DNA of 64,000 nucleotides from Ancylonema sp. (lineage: Eukaryota). The translations under genes were made by a program, and so were the position numbers. The stretch is from the NCBI GenBank assembly GCA_050230475.1, contig JBFLGF010000069.1, positions 1 through 64,000 of the forward strand, given 5' to 3'. The notes below the pieces were generated by a model, which ran no database searches, was not told the origin of the DNA, and worked only from the letters and a program-made list of their open reading frames with translations. Every line of letters begins with the position of its first letter. The stretch's first letter is position 1. Below, one piece after another: positions 50,501 to 64,000 of the stretch.

Positions 50501-51524
50501 CCGCAGGTGACGGGGCGGTACGGGCATGGATGTGTGCATCTAGGGCGGTCGTTTTTCGTCATATGCCGATCCAGAATGCATTCGATGGTGCATTTTATGG
50601 TGTTTTTTTCCCCCTTCTTAATGTGTGTATCCTTATTTTTGAGCTTCTATATTGATAATAGCCACAGCACATCAAACCAAAAGGTATAACCGCTCGTGTA
50701 TTCATGTATCGATAATGACAAAATGTGCGTATGGTGGAGCACACTACAGTGCACATTGTCATCGACTGTGTATAACAATGCATGTGTCGGTTATAACACA
50801 TCTCGAGGCAGGGTGGTGAGCAAAGAAATTAACCACAACAAGCTAAATACACTCTCCCTCTCTACCTTTCCACGGGCAGGTCGGGCAAGTTCCGATAATT
50901 TTCATGTCGGCCCTAACCGGCAATGCACTAGAAAAAGTGATGCCAATTGTGGAGGAGAGCTATCGCAATTGGTGCACGCGCCTCTCCACGGCCCACCTCA
51001 ACAAGTGGTTAGAGAAGGTAGTCATACACATATATCACATCTCGCTTTCTGCCCAAACTTGGGGAGAAGTATTTTATCCCGCAAAGGTGGTAGAACCGCT
51101 CACCGTATTGGAGGCTCGAAAACTTTTGAGATGCGAGTTGAGACGCGGTTGTCGTAAATGTGAGGCCCAAATGAGGCCTCGAATTTTCCTTTTGCAGATT
51201 TTTTGCGGATTTTTTACGGAAATACGAAGTGTATAGGAGAAATCGTCATGGGGTTGGGGAATTTGAGGTGTTGGGATTTGGGGTTTGGGGTTTAAGGTAT
51301 TGGCGAGGAGTCCGCGGAAATCTGGTCACGGAGGGAAAATTCGGTATTTGACTCAAGCGAAAGCCCGGCCGCCCACCTTCATTGCATTCACAAACGGGGC
51401 AGAGGAGGTGCCAGAGACAGACATGAGGTTCATAGGGGCTGCTTTGAGGGAAGATTTCATGCTGCCCGGAATTCCGGTCAGGGTTTTCCAGCGGTACACA
51501 AAGAAGTCGAAAGCTTCCGCGTGA
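47592..51524 (+). CDS. der: Organellar Der/EngA double GTPase; 7 exons (47592-48604, 49254-49510, 49722-49975, 50097-50216, 50309-50506, 50880-51017, 51297-51524)
   Basis: Two GRPNVGKS P-loops, VTRD/LTRD, DTAG x2, NKCE/NKVD, and a KH-like C-terminus [15 protein letters not shown]. Confidence 0.93.
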
Positions 51525-53032
51525 ATAGAGCGAGATGGTACTCCGGTATGCGGTATGGTTGTGTAGCCGCACACTTGGCACCGAAATCGATCTCTCATTT
51601 CTTTTTGTTGCGCTCGATCCTCATGGGGAGATCCATGTGACTATTTTTGACCTCTCCGAAGTCTCGCTCACAAGAATGCCCGCCCACCAATGTGCAACTC
51701 ATTGATGTGGAGGATTATTTTCAGCAAAAGCGGCCCTAAAATGTTCTAACACGAGCAAACCACAAAAGATACACTACCGTGCACGACACAATTTTTTTTG
51801 TTGGGCCAATTTTTTTCGGTGGATGGTCATCATCTTAACAGAAGATGACCAACATTGTACATTGTATTCGATTGACGGACTTCAATAGGCTTATTTATTC
51901 GATTCGGTTGTAGTGTATCAAGTGATGTCCGACCCGACCACAAGGTTTTGTGCTTCACGATCTCATGTTACAAGTTCTCGTCTCAATAAATTGATAGATT
52001 CACCTCAATATCGTTCATAAAAATATCGGTGTGTAAAATTTATATGCGGCCGTCCTTCAAGGGAATGAAGAATTGCTCTACTCGAGCACATGAGGCCCAC
52101 ATTTTGAGATTGATTTCGGAATGTCAAAGAGGAGGTTGCGATTTGGAGGCTACACATGTGCACACATCATCCCTTTCGTGGCAGTGAGAATGACGTGTAT
52201 TGATTGCAATAAAGGGTCATCGCATGTGGGGAGTAAGCATGGAAGGTATAGGCTCACACTTATGCAAAGATACCTAAAATTTCACGATTTGCAACAACAG
52301 TAGTTCCGTTTGAATGAGGAATTGAAAATCTATAGCGCCTTGGTAACGATATCCAAAGTTGTTCGCACACATTCGCAATCTTGTTGCATTCGCCTTGTGC
52401 ATGTGGTGCCCCATCATGATAAGTAAAGCACATACCTTGGTAATCACTGACAAAAGACTAGCATGCGTGAGATGGATTGTGACATTATGGGTTCCCTTGA
52501 CTGTGAGAAAACCACATTTGTGGGTTCATGATTGAGGTTGTCAAAACACGAGTAGCGAATCCATTTGTGTTATCTAGGTAAGGAGTACAACATGTAGTAG
52601 AAATTCGTCTTAGTATCTTATCCGGAATTAATAGCTAGTCCGGTTTGTTTCATTAATCTATCAAGTGCATCAGTGACTCTTTAATTCAAGGGGTATCACG
52701 TAGATTGAATTCCATTGGGATTGCGGCTTTGAGCATTGAGAGCCTTGTAGTCAATGCCGTCGTTTAGCATAATGATTGGTGTGCACCGTAACCTTGCCTT
52801 TTGTCGCATATACGATCATTGTCACTCGATCATGTTAAGAGTACGGAAAATACCACGCTAGCTGTAATGTGGCAGAAAATTGGGCATGCCAAGACTGTGA
52901 GAAAGTTGGAGCTTTCGGACTTTCTGACCTAATTTTGATTAAACTTGGCAACCATGGTGTAGTGATCTAAATGAAGTGTGCATGGTCAATGTATGGGCAT
53001 TGTGTTTAGTCACGCGACGTGAATAAACATTT

Positions 53033-53991
53033 CATTATCAGATGGACTCTTCGCAACATGTACAACTTCCAACTCGGGATCCATACAAACCCTTACATAA
53101 AGTGAAGTCTACCGCTTCCATATATTTTGCTCCTGTATATTTTCTGTGAGGACATCGGAAAACAGGGTTCGGGCGGGCAAAATGTAAAAACAAAAAAGGC
53201 CGTTCGGTCACCCGGTCAAACCGGATACGTGGCGGGCCGATAATCGTGGTCAAGTTTCTCCTCGATCTCCCGTGCATAGCAGCGGCGTTCTGGTCCGTAG
53301 TTACCGGTAGCTTTCGGTACTACGACCCATGCCAGACTCCTGACAAGAAGTCCGTCTTACGGCTTTCCGCTCTCAGTGGGAGACTTTGTAGCCATGACGG
53401 AACCCGATATCGTGCAATTCTGAGAATGTTGCCGATGACACGTAGTGTTTAGTGATCTAGTACCATTTCCGTATCGCTCCATGGCCCGCCGATGACCGAA
53501 CACCCACTGCGGATACAAAAGTATGGCTCCACAACGTCTAAATGCGTGGAAGCGCCTGCACTTCATGTCTTCTCACACTTTGATGAGACGCCCACCGGCC
53601 TGCTATCGCGACAAAAATATCTTTCTCACCCCTCCTGATGTGTCTCAGAATCCTTCATTGCCTACAAAAGCGCCACATTACCGTTGTGCGCAAATAATGG
53701 CCGCTGAAATGTGCCTGAGCCGGCAACCCTTTCCAGAGTTTTTTTCGTGCCTTATGCGTAGTCATTTCTCGTCCACCCCTCAGCTCACCCAGCCATTCGC
53801 CACAAATGAGGACCTTCATCCAGCTCACGACACGAAACCAGTACTTACCACCACAGATTCCCGCAGTCCGAAAGAATTTCGCGCCTCGAAGTCCTCAGCT
53901 CCGCTCGTAGACGAGATCGTCGACTCCCTCGCTGACCTTCTAGTCACATATGAAGGAGACCCTGCGGGCGCCCCTGCAGCTGCGCTGTCAA
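53033..53991 (+). repeat. Local duplicate of 61269-62269 (promoter and part of exon 1 of the unknown gene), cut at the N at 53992
   Basis: Near-identical ORF MAPQRLNAWKR...APAAALS; upstream region more diverged. Confidence 0.92.
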
Positions 53992-53992
53992 N

Positions 53993-54737
53993 AATTTTAT
54001 GTTAATACACATGTGCATGTATTTTGCGTCCCCCTTTTACCCCTTTACGCAACATTCAATATTTTATGTGAAGACACATGTGCATGTCTTCTGCGTCCCC
54101 CCTTTACCCCTGTACGCAGCATTGTGTGTTTACAGTGTATACACATGTGCATGTATTCTGCGTCCCCCTTTTACCCCTTTACGCAGCATTGTTGAATTAG
54201 AGTGCATACACTTCAACATGCATTATGCATCCCCTCTTTTCACGTGTACGGAGCATTGCTGAATGAATGTGCATACATTTCAACATGTATTATACGTCCC
54301 CCTTTTTCACATGTACGCAGCATTGCTGAATTAATGTGCATACACTTCAACATGTATTATGTGTACATGTGAAAAGGGGGGATGCATAACACATGTTGAA
54401 GTGTATGCACATTAATTCAGCAATGGTGCGTACATGTGAAAAGGGGGGATGCATAAAACATGTTGAACTGTTTGCATATTCATTCAGCAATGTTGCGTAC
54501 ATGTGAAAAGAGGGGATGCATAATGTATGTTGAAGTGTATGCACTTTAATTCAGCAATGTTGCGAAAAGGGGTAAAAGGGGGACGCAGAATACATGCACA
54601 TGTGTCTTCACATAAAATATTGAATGTTGCGTAAAGGGGTAAAAGGGGGACGCAAAATACATGCACATGTGTATTAACATAAAATGTTGAATGTTGTGTA
54701 AAGGGGTAAAAGGGGGACGCAGAATACGTGCACATGT
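53993..54737. repeat. Foldback ~60-bp minisatellite (inverted arms around ~54360), continuing at 60065-60145
   Basis: CACATGTGCATGTATTYTGCGTCCCCCTTTTACCCCTTTACGCA units read forward, then in reverse complement; mirrored ORFs in the track. Confidence 0.9.
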
Positions 54738-57700
54738 TATGGACGCCATAGAGACGTCCACTTAACTCAACTCTAAAACTCTTTAGACTCATGTCGGACC
54801 CAAACTCAACTCTTACTCTGAATGCGCAATAACTCATTCACATACTCATTGTACACATACACATATGGCGCATCACATAGACGAAGCTTCTTTCTCATAA
54901 AGCAAGTGAAAAATCAATAATAGTAAACAATACCGGAGAAGAAAACGTCGAAGCAAATCTAGATCTCTTTAGCCAAACACAAGTCCCTCACATTCCCCCT
55001 CCCAGCAACATCCATCGACATCCATCGACAACTTTTAGCCACTCGAAATCATCCCAGCAAGCTGCTTGCACACTGTCAGAATTCCTCCCCCGACATTCTT
55101 AGTCATCATATCTGCTGCATTCAAACCAGTATCCACCTTGCACAACTCGATGATACCCGACTCTACCCTGTCCCTGAGCGAATGGGGTACTTGAGCAAAA
55201 TGTGTTTTGACCGCTGATGGACAACCGGATTCTCTGCCAACTTCAGGGATGATTCATTGTCTCCATACAAGAGTACACTTGAAGTGCCTCCCCCAAGTTC
55301 ACCCTGAAGTTGAATCACGTAAATCGCCTCATTGCCCGACTCACTCAGGCCCACATATTCGCTCTCACAGCTGCTGTGACACCCCACCTTCATCATAGCT
55401 CCTCCAAGAGATTGCAGCACCAGCACTAAGAAAAATGTAACCAGAACGACCTCTGGATGTTTCTCTATCTCCAGCATGCCCAGAGTCGGAGTACCCCCAA
55501 ACGGCCACCAGTGCTCCCCTCTTCTACAGCAGCCCCTCCCCCACTGTGCCATTGACGTACCGAAGAACCCATTTAACCCCCTCCCCATCTGCAGCTCCAG
55601 GGTTCTGACTGAACTTACTGAGTTCGGAACCTGCTGCAGTAATGTCAGGCCTTGTGCATGTCGCCAGATACATCAGGCTGCCGATTGCCGATCTGTATGG
55701 AATGCTGCTCAGCTGCTCTCTGTCGACCTCGGTAGTCGGCTGCTGGGACGAATCGAGATGAGTCCCCACCTCTAAGGGTGTCGACACCGGCTTGCTCCCC
55801 TCCATGTTAAAACGACTGATGACATCACGTGCATATTTTTCTTGCACAAGGAGAACATCCCCATTCTCCTGTCGACGAATTTCTATCCCCAACAGAAAAC
55901 GTGCTACCCCCATCTTTCATCTTGAACTCCTTTCCCAGCCCCTGCTTCACCACATCGATGTTTACCAGCTTCCTCCCCACCATGAACAGGTCGTCGACAT
56001 AAAGTGCAATGTACACAGCCTCCTCCCCCTTTCCCTTGACATAGATGCCCACATCTGATTTGAGTCTCACAAACCCCAGCTGCTGCAAAACGGTGTCGAT
56101 GCAGATGTGTTCCACTGTCGAGGAGATTGCTTAAGTCCATACAGGCACTTTAGCAACCTCATCACCTTGCTCTCATTCCCCTCCTCGACTGTCCCCTCCG
56201 GCTGCTCCATATACACCACCTCCTCCCGTGGTGCGTACAGAAACGCGGTAGTTACATCCATTTGATGCATTTCTAACCCCTTTGATGCCCCCAAGGCCAC
56301 CAGTTGTCGAATACTTTCGAATCTGACTGTGGGGCTAAAAGTCTGATCATAATCCACTCCTTCCACCTGGCTGTACCCCTTCGCCACCACCCTCGCTTTA
56401 TATTTTTCTATCTCCCCCTTCTCATTTGTCTTCACCCTGAAAACCCACTTTTTCACCACCTGCTTCTTTCCCTTGGGCCGATCTACCAGCTCATAGACCC
56501 CATTTTCTTTCAGACTTGCCATCTCACTGTTCATCGCTTGTTGCCACTCCTCCTTGTGCTCCCCCTGAAGAGCTTCTCGAACTGACTGAGGATTTTGATC
56601 CGCCCCTGCATCTGCTGCACTTGCAAGATAGGCCTCGATGAACCGAAGTGGTGGTACACCTCGATTCTCCCTGTTGCTGTGCCTAGGCTCTCCCCTCTCC
56701 TGTGTGTCCACCCCACTTTCAGATGCTGGACCCTCGTGCTCAGGAGCATCATCATCAGGTCCCCAGCTGTCATCTCCACAATCTCCACCATCTCCTCCAT
56801 TCTCATTATCCTCCCCCTCGTCTTCATCGTCACTGCTGTCTTCCACCAGAGCAGGCATTTCCAGCTGATGTGTCGCTACCCCCACAGCATCGACATCATC
56901 ATTGAGATCTGGAAATCGACAGGTTCGACATCATCGAACACCCCACCATCGACTGTCGTCCTCCACCCAACCCTGCCTCGAACACTCTCATCGACATCTG
57001 GGAACCCCCACATTGAACACCTTCCCCCTGACAGGATCCCAGACTCGGTACCCGACACTTCCCGTGGGATAACCGGACAATCACCCCCTCCCACTTCGGT
57101 TGTCCCCATTTTTCCTGCTCTTTTGAACTTCTCCAATGACACATAGGCTTTGCTCCCATAAGCCCGCAAATGTTTGATCGATGGAATGCTGCCTGACCAA
57201 AGCTCATCAGGTGTCTTGCTCAAGCCAGCCACTGGACCCCTGTTCCGAATGTACGAGGCAGCTGCGATCGCCTCGACCCAGAATCCCCCTCCTAGACCAG
57301 CACCCACCAGCATCGACCTGGCCCTGTCCTGAAGCGTCCTATTCATACGTTCAGCTATCCCATTGCTCTGAGGAGAACGAGCTGGAATAGTTTGATGAAG
57401 GATGCCATGCTCCTTCAGCCAGGTCTCAAGTTCACCATCGACATACTCTCCCCCATTGTCTGACCTCAGCTTCTTGACCTTCTTCCCACTTTGATTTTCG
57501 TTGACAGCAATCCACTGCTTCAGCGCCACCTTGGTATCACTCTTCTTTCGTAGTGGTATTGTCCAGGACTTTCGGCTGAAGTCATCGATGACCACCAGAT
57601 TGTACTGACCCCCCCCTCCTCCAACTGCCTTTGGTTTGAAAGGTCCAGCGATGTCCGTATGAACCAGCTCGAGAGGTTCTGTTGCCCGATACTCCTGAGA

Positions 57701-60064
57701 TTTTCGCGGATGATTTTTTTCACTGGACTTTCCCATTTTGCAGCCCCTACACATGCCAAAATCACCCGTCATCCCCTCCTCGAGACCCCTGACCATCTGC
57801 TCACGCACCAACCTCTCCATCCCCCCCCGAGAAGTGTGCCCTAGCCTCGTGTGTAGCAGCTCCATGCTAATCCCTTTCCCCCCAAGTACTTCTCCCTTCA
57901 TCTCCTCAGGCACATTGAGCTCTAAGCACACTAAGGGTGGTCTTCCCTTGAGTGTCTCACGCATTGTTGCTATCTGCTGCCCCTCTTTGTTCAGAATAGG
58001 AATCAGTTTTTCAGGATGCGGCTTCCCCTCGAAAGCAAAGCTGCATTCGCCCTTGTCCCGAATTCGTTGAAGAGAGAAAATGTTTACTCTCATCCCTGGC
58101 AAGTAAAGCACCTCGTGCAACTCCAGGGCACCTCTCACCCCCTTTCTTCCTTTGTCAGTGTACAGACGCACAACACCCCATTTTGTTATCGACTCCCCCT
58201 TTATCTGTTTGACATAGAACTTAGTTGGAATAATCAGAGAGAGATTCGAAAAGTGTGATGTCCCCTGACAATGGTAGTCAGCTCCACTGTCACACACCCG
58301 TCCCGATCTTCTCCATCATCTTCCCCTGTCCCATGCTGATCCTCCATCAGCACCTCGGCATGTCCCTGTTCCCCTCCTCATCGCGCCCTGTCCATATCTG
58401 TGTACCCACCCCTACCAGCAGCTCCTGCACCTCGACCTCTGCCCTTAAAACTCCAGACTTCCCTCCCCGTGGTGCCCCATTCACTTTGCTATAGCATGTC
58501 TGCTCAATATGACCAACACCAGCACACCATGTGCAAATGGTGTCTTTCTGAGGACACTCTCTACTCCAGTGGTCTGGCTCTCCACACCTAAAGCAATTCT
58601 CTGATTTCCCCTCGTTTCCTCTGCCGACACCTCGTCCACCAAATGTTCCCCTCCTTCCCCTTCCTCTGAAATTCCCGCGACCCCTTGCTGATTGATAATA
58701 GACTCCCGCTCCCATTCCTGATGATTCTTCCTGCAACTCTCTCTTCTTTTCCTGACTCTCTATGTTGTACATGCTATCCCTTACGTACCGGAAGCTGGGG
58801 GCAGGAGTCTGTGCAAAGTAGGACCCTTTGAGATGATCGTATATTTCCTCGGGAGAGCTCCAAGTAGAGTTTAGGCGATCATTCTCTCCGATCATTCCAC
58901 CCTGAACGGTCAACTTCCGCAACAGCTCATCATATCTAAGCTTAGTATCAATATACGACTTCCTCTCCGATCTTGAGTGAGAAAATCAGTTCGTGCCGAA
59001 GAACGCTGCGCTGGCGTAATCGTGTTTCAGCTCCAAGTTGAGCCCACATGAGTGTAGGATTGTTTCCATGAACGTCCAGGCTCATTACTATACTGTCGTC
59101 CATGGTTTGAGTTATCAGCGACGCTGCTTTCTTTGACCTCTTCCTCCAGTCCTTGATTTCCACCTGTCTCTTGTTCACCTCCTCATTGTTTGCTGAAGTA
59201 TTGTCAGCATTCAGCACCTCAGCTATCTCTACCGGCTCCAGTTCAGTACCGTTCACTATTTCGAGACAGTCCTCTGCGTCTAATATCGCTGTGAGTTTTG
59301 TCCGCCATGGACCATAGGACAAAGCGTCTTTCAATATTATCTTCTTCATGTACTCTGAAGTCCCAGAGCCAGAAGCTCTGATCCCACTTGATGACGCCAT
59401 TGAGGCGTCAACTCAACACAACTCTTATAAACTCTTAAACTCAACTCAAACACGACTCTTACTCAAAAGTGCGTATACTTATTCACATACTCATCGCACA
59501 CTCATACACATTTTTGCGCTGCACGTAGACGAAAGCTTCTTTCATGTAAAAGCAAAAGTAAAATCCACAAAGGAGAAGGATCGTCTCTCTCTATAGTTGT
59601 CCGGAAGCAAATCTAGATCTCTTTAGCCAAACACAAGTCCAACCTTCTGTCACGTAGCTAAGTCACGTCAGATATTTAAGACTAAATGACCTTGTGTCAT
59701 CGAACGATCAATCTAAACCGTTCACGCCAACTTCAAATATCATATCGCGCGCGCCATTCAAATTAGCGTCGTCGCCACGTTGTCACTAACACTAATTTTA
59801 CCGATACAAAATACGCGAACCATTTCGATCCAAAATACACGCGTCACAATTCTAAGCTACTTTGATTGATAGAGTCACAAACAACATTCATGTATCTCTC
59901 TTCTCATTTCATAGACACATGCGCACACGCGCCTAAAACCAAAACCAACACCAAACCAACACAAGTACCCGAACAACTAAATAGGCAACTTTCTTTGGCC
60001 AACTACAAATAAAACCAAACACTAACATTAATATACAAGATTGTTGCAGCACTTATATCTCACA
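54738..60064 (-). mobile_element. Near full-length Ty1/Copia element, frameshifted; 5' LTR 60064-59389, PBS 59386-59375, PPT 55003-54993, 3' LTR 54992-54738
   Basis: TSD CATGT (54733-54737, 60065-60069); gag, CCHC x2, protease CDSGA, integrase HTDIAGP/SDNGGEY, RT YVDDL, RNase H SCESEY/YGDNESS. Confidence 0.93.
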
Positions 60065-60248
60065 CATGTGTACGCACACACTATACAGATGGTTGCGTAC
60101 AGAGGAAAAGGGGTAGAAGCTGGACACATGCACATATGTATGCATCATCGTAAACCTGCAGCATAACACACCACCAGAAACAGCAATGAGTCCCCAACCT
60201 CAACCTCAACATGAACTTACTACTCTTCACAGTACTTACCATTGCATT

Positions 60249-60873
60249 CTAATCGAAGGCATGGGCCTCTAGTAGGTCACTCCACGCCTGTAGATGCGTT
60301 TTCATATTCAGTACACTCATCCATTCCTCGCTTAATCCCGCCATATCGTGAGCTGAATAGATGTAGATTTTTTTTTCTAGATTTGCAAAAAAAAAAAAAA
60401 AACTAATGTCGGAAAATTGTTTCACTTCATTCAAATTTGAACTCTGAATTGTGCTGCTTGTAGTATTTCAGGGCATCCTTCCAGAAATCCGCGGGGGTGA
60501 CCCTAGATTTGCGGACTGTGTGTGTGGACAGAAATACGTCACACGACAGAAATTTGGTAACGCAAATGTTCATCGACTGCCACTTGTTCCAGCATCCCTT
60601 ACCGGTTCTGATTTCAAATACTACACCCTTTTTGGGCTTCGCGGGCACTCCGCCCAGGTTCTTATAGAAGAAGTGGTAAGCCAATAGTACGCACTCAAAC
60701 AATATTTCGGTAGTCTGACTTGTTCCTTTCCTTCCAAGATTCGCACTTACATGGTACCACGCCATGCACAGTCCTTCGTTTGCAGATCGTTCCAGAGCTC
60801 CGATCCTCCGACAAAAGTGGCTTCGCGATCTCGTTGCACACGCGGCATCCCGAAACTGATTATTGCAGAGCAC
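60249..60873 (-). mobile_element. PIF/Harbinger (Pong-like) ORF1 Myb/SANT-like relic
   Basis: LCMAWYHVS...GTSQT...RT...NKWQSMN..VTKFLSC...ALKYYK...FKF pattern. Confidence 0.6.
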
Positions 60874-61975
60874 AGGAGAAGCCTATACCATCCTTGTGGC
60901 AGATCGAAACTTCAAACCCCATTACAAGAGACGTCTACTCTGTTGGCGCGAAAAGTTGTCGGTTCGACTCAATTTATCCGCACGATTAATATAGCGATGT
61001 GATTGGATGGGTTAGTCGAACTGAGCTGGGCAAGCCAAATTTACCCAATTCAGGTACCGAGCCGGGTAAATCGGGCCGGCGCAATGTTTGCCCGACTCGA
61101 TCCCAGTTCGTTTCGCCAATTTATGTCGAACTGGGAGCGAGCCGGGAGGGCCATAAATTGAACTTTCGCGACCCAGCTCGACATGGAACCGGGAGCAATC
61201 GAACTCGGCAGATTTTTCGTCGAACTGGGTTGGTCTATAACTTGTGCTCTTAACTTTGTTAAGAGCTCCATTATCAGATGGATTCTTCACAACATGTACA
61301 ACCTTCAACTTGGGATCCATACAAACCCTTACATCAAGCGAAGTCCACCACTTCCATATTTTTTGCTTTTCTATATTTTCTGTAAGGACATCGGACATTA
61401 GGGTTCGGGCAGCATGTTAATACAAAAAAGGCCGTTCGGTTGAAATTGACCGTGTTTAAAACTCGACAATATTAGCATATTTGGCCGATCAAACCAGATA
61501 CGTGGCGAGCATATGATCGTAGTCGAAGTTTCTCCTCGATCTTCCCGTGCATAGCAGCGGCGTTCTGGTCCGCAATTAACGGTAGCTTTCGATACTACGG
61601 CCCATGCCAGACTCCTGGCAAGTCGTCCGTCTTACGGATTTCCGCTCTCATTCCGAGACTTTGAAGCCATGACGGAACCCGATATCGTGCAATTCTGGGA
61701 ATGTTGCTGATGACACGAAGCGTTTTGTGGTCTGGTATAATTTCTGTGCCGTTCCATTGTCCGCCGATGACCGAACACCCACTGCGGATACAAAAGTATG
61801 GCTCCACAACGCCTAAATGCGTGGAAACGCCACCTGCACTTCATGTCTTCTCACACTTTGATGAGACGCTCACCGGCCTGCTACCGCGACAAAAATCTCT
61901 TTCTCACCCCCCCTGACGTGTCTCAGAATCCTTCATTGCCTACAAAAGCGCCACATTACCGTTGTGCGCAAATAA

Positions 61976-63948
61976 TGGCCGCTGAAATGTGCCTGAGCCG
62001 GCAATCCTTTCCAGAGTTTTTTTCGCGCCTTATGCGTAGTCCTTTCTCGTCAACCCCTCAGCTCACCCAGCCATTCGCCACAAATGAGGACCTTCATCCA
62101 GCTCACGACACGAAACCGATACTTACCACCACAGACTCCCGCAGTCCGAAAGAATTTCGCGCCTCAAAGCCCTCAGCTCCGCTCGTAGACGAGATCGTCG
62201 ACTCCCTCGCTGACCTTCTAGTCACATATGAAGGAGACCCTGCGGGCGCCCCTGCAGCTGCGCTGTCAAATGAAGCTTCCATGCAGCTTCTCCTGCAGTT
62301 TTTGGATGACGTCAGCCCCCCAAGGACGGAGTTCCCAAAAGCGAGCGTGAGGAGACTTGAGTTTTTTCTTCGTTCGGAGACACCGTGGGGGGGAGAGGGC
62401 TATCGCCGGGTCAGTATGGAGCTCAAAACGACCGGAGGCCTGTGCAAGAAGATGGTCGAGAAATCGCTGGGAAGTTTCTTGGAAGGTGCATTTACAATGC
62501 CTCCCTGAAATGAAAATCCTGAATCTCAGTATTGGGTGGAGCTTTAATTATGGAATCTTCAATGGTAATGAGGGTTTCCATGTCACATTGCATTTGTAAA
62601 TTATTAGGGTATTCTTGCGACTATTCAAGAGGAAATCCGTTTCATTACTATCTTCGAAGCTTGCAAGGCCTTTTACAATTTGTGACTACATCCAGAGATG
62701 AAGTGTTGGCTTGGTAGTGGTCCCAATAGGGTTGGAAGAAAGGTTGGAGGTTGGCAATACTCCCTCAAACTTCCCAGCCATTCCTAAGCCTTGATCTACA
62801 AGAACTCCAAATCATCTCAAAAATCAGGAAACAAGGCACAATGATAGGGCACAACCTTAGCCTGATATAGCCTGATGATGAGGTGTTTTAGTGGCTCTAC
62901 TTGTTAACATCAGATGATTTTTGGTTGCTCCCTCGGTCAAGATGTGTGCATTCACTCTTCACGTCTTTGGCATGAAAGGCTCGCATTTGGAGCTTCAAAA
63001 GTTTACGGAATCTCGCCATGTCGATGATGTGATGCAAGAAGTAGAGGGCCAATCCTATCTCGTCTTGGACGTCTCTAACTTCACCCCCGTTTCACTTCAT
63101 GGACATATTTTTTAATGACTCTTACACAAGGCTTGTCGTCATAGTGTATGTGGAGTATCTTGATTATTCAGTAGGGTCCTCTCAGCTAGCTAGATAGCTT
63201 GACACCTCTTTACTACAACCAAAATCGTGTCTCCACACTTCCCCGACAACACAACCATGAGTTCATCTTCATTTTGTGACCTTTGTTAAACCGCTGACCT
63301 CAATGTTTCCCGTTTGTAGAATGTGGCCTTCCTGGAAAGTTCCGATGGGGAAAAGATTGTTGGGAGCTCACGGAGGCAGTCCCGATCAAGACTAGACCAA
63401 TCGAAAACCCAGACACTCTAACCCCCTCGGAGATTCTAGCTGTCGCAAACGATGAATCGGATAAGGGTGCGAATTCAAGCCCCTCCTTTTCGAAATCAAG
63501 CTCATTGGAGATGGATTCAAAAGATGGTCTAGATGGCGAGAGAGGTGTGATGGAAAGTGAGAGGAGGGACCAAAAGGAGGGGGTAGGAGTTGATAGTAGA
63601 GAGGAGCAAAGCACTAGTGAAGGTAGCAAAGACAATAGGTTATCAATCGAGGAGGCTGTACAAAAACTGGATCCTATTCTAGAAGCTTTGGCAACATTGC
63701 CTTGGCACGAAGATGAGGCGGATAGAAGTAGAATAAAGAGGGAGTTGCTCGATACCCTAGAGGAAGATGGGTGGAAGGTGGGAGAGGGTGTGCTCAAAAT
63801 TTGGGGGGGGGAGAGGGAGTTAGTGAATGTGGTCTCGGGAGTAGACGCAGCCAGTGTAGAGGCGTTGAAGGGTGTTTTGTATCATACCAAACGATATGAT
63901 GCGGAATTCGGGATAGCAATCGCACCCGAGCTCGCATCACAACAATGA
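61976..63948 (+). CDS. Unknown two-exon protein (61976 or 61798 to 62485; 63320-63948)
   Basis: Phase-1 GT donor at 62486 and AG acceptor at 63318-63319 join two open frames; globular-looking C-terminal LEEDGW...IWGGERE...GVD module. Confidence 0.6.
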
Positions 63949-64000
63949 AAGCCTGCCCTTCGTCTTGCTTGGAATGGTATATGGCCTTCGATTGGTGAGG

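Noticed and set aside
51560..53030. Possible TE relic in the intergenic stretch
   Set aside because: No termini, repeats or protein motifs that I can support.

Overview
Eukaryotic nuclear DNA with GT-AG introns, plant-type genes and many transposons. The gene set (TPLATE, NPG/TTC7-like, LEA_2, B3) fits a streptophyte, plausibly an alga, but that is inference. Two single-N breaks lie at 17522 and 53992. Bases 1-17.5 kb are a nest of LTR retrotransposons: a degenerate Copia host carrying a solo LTR and an 11.5-kb Gypsy insertion, then a second Copia fragment. Bases 17.8-51.5 kb are gene-rich: RNase H2A (partial), LEA_2/NHL, a B3 pseudogene, TPLATE, mitochondrial-type RPS9, NPG/TTC7-like TPR, FolB, a candidate KASH protein and a Der/EngA GTPase. 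Bases 53-64 kb hold a local duplication, a foldback minisatellite interrupted by a near full-length Copia with TSD, a Harbinger ORF1 relic and an unknown two-exon gene. The standout is the minus-strand Gypsy element at 1427-12900. It encodes a C5 cytosine methyltransferase between protease and RT and a PHD finger after integrase, and appears to self-prime (14-nt PBS complementary to its predicted 5' end). Its LTR arrangement is circularly permuted (X-internal-Y-X-Y-X-Y). The left integration end falls at a CGACA-GC-TGTCG palindrome inside the PBS/PPT-defined LTR, suggesting integration from a circle; the right terminal 18 nt do not match that palindrome. All calls are by eye, with no searches run.
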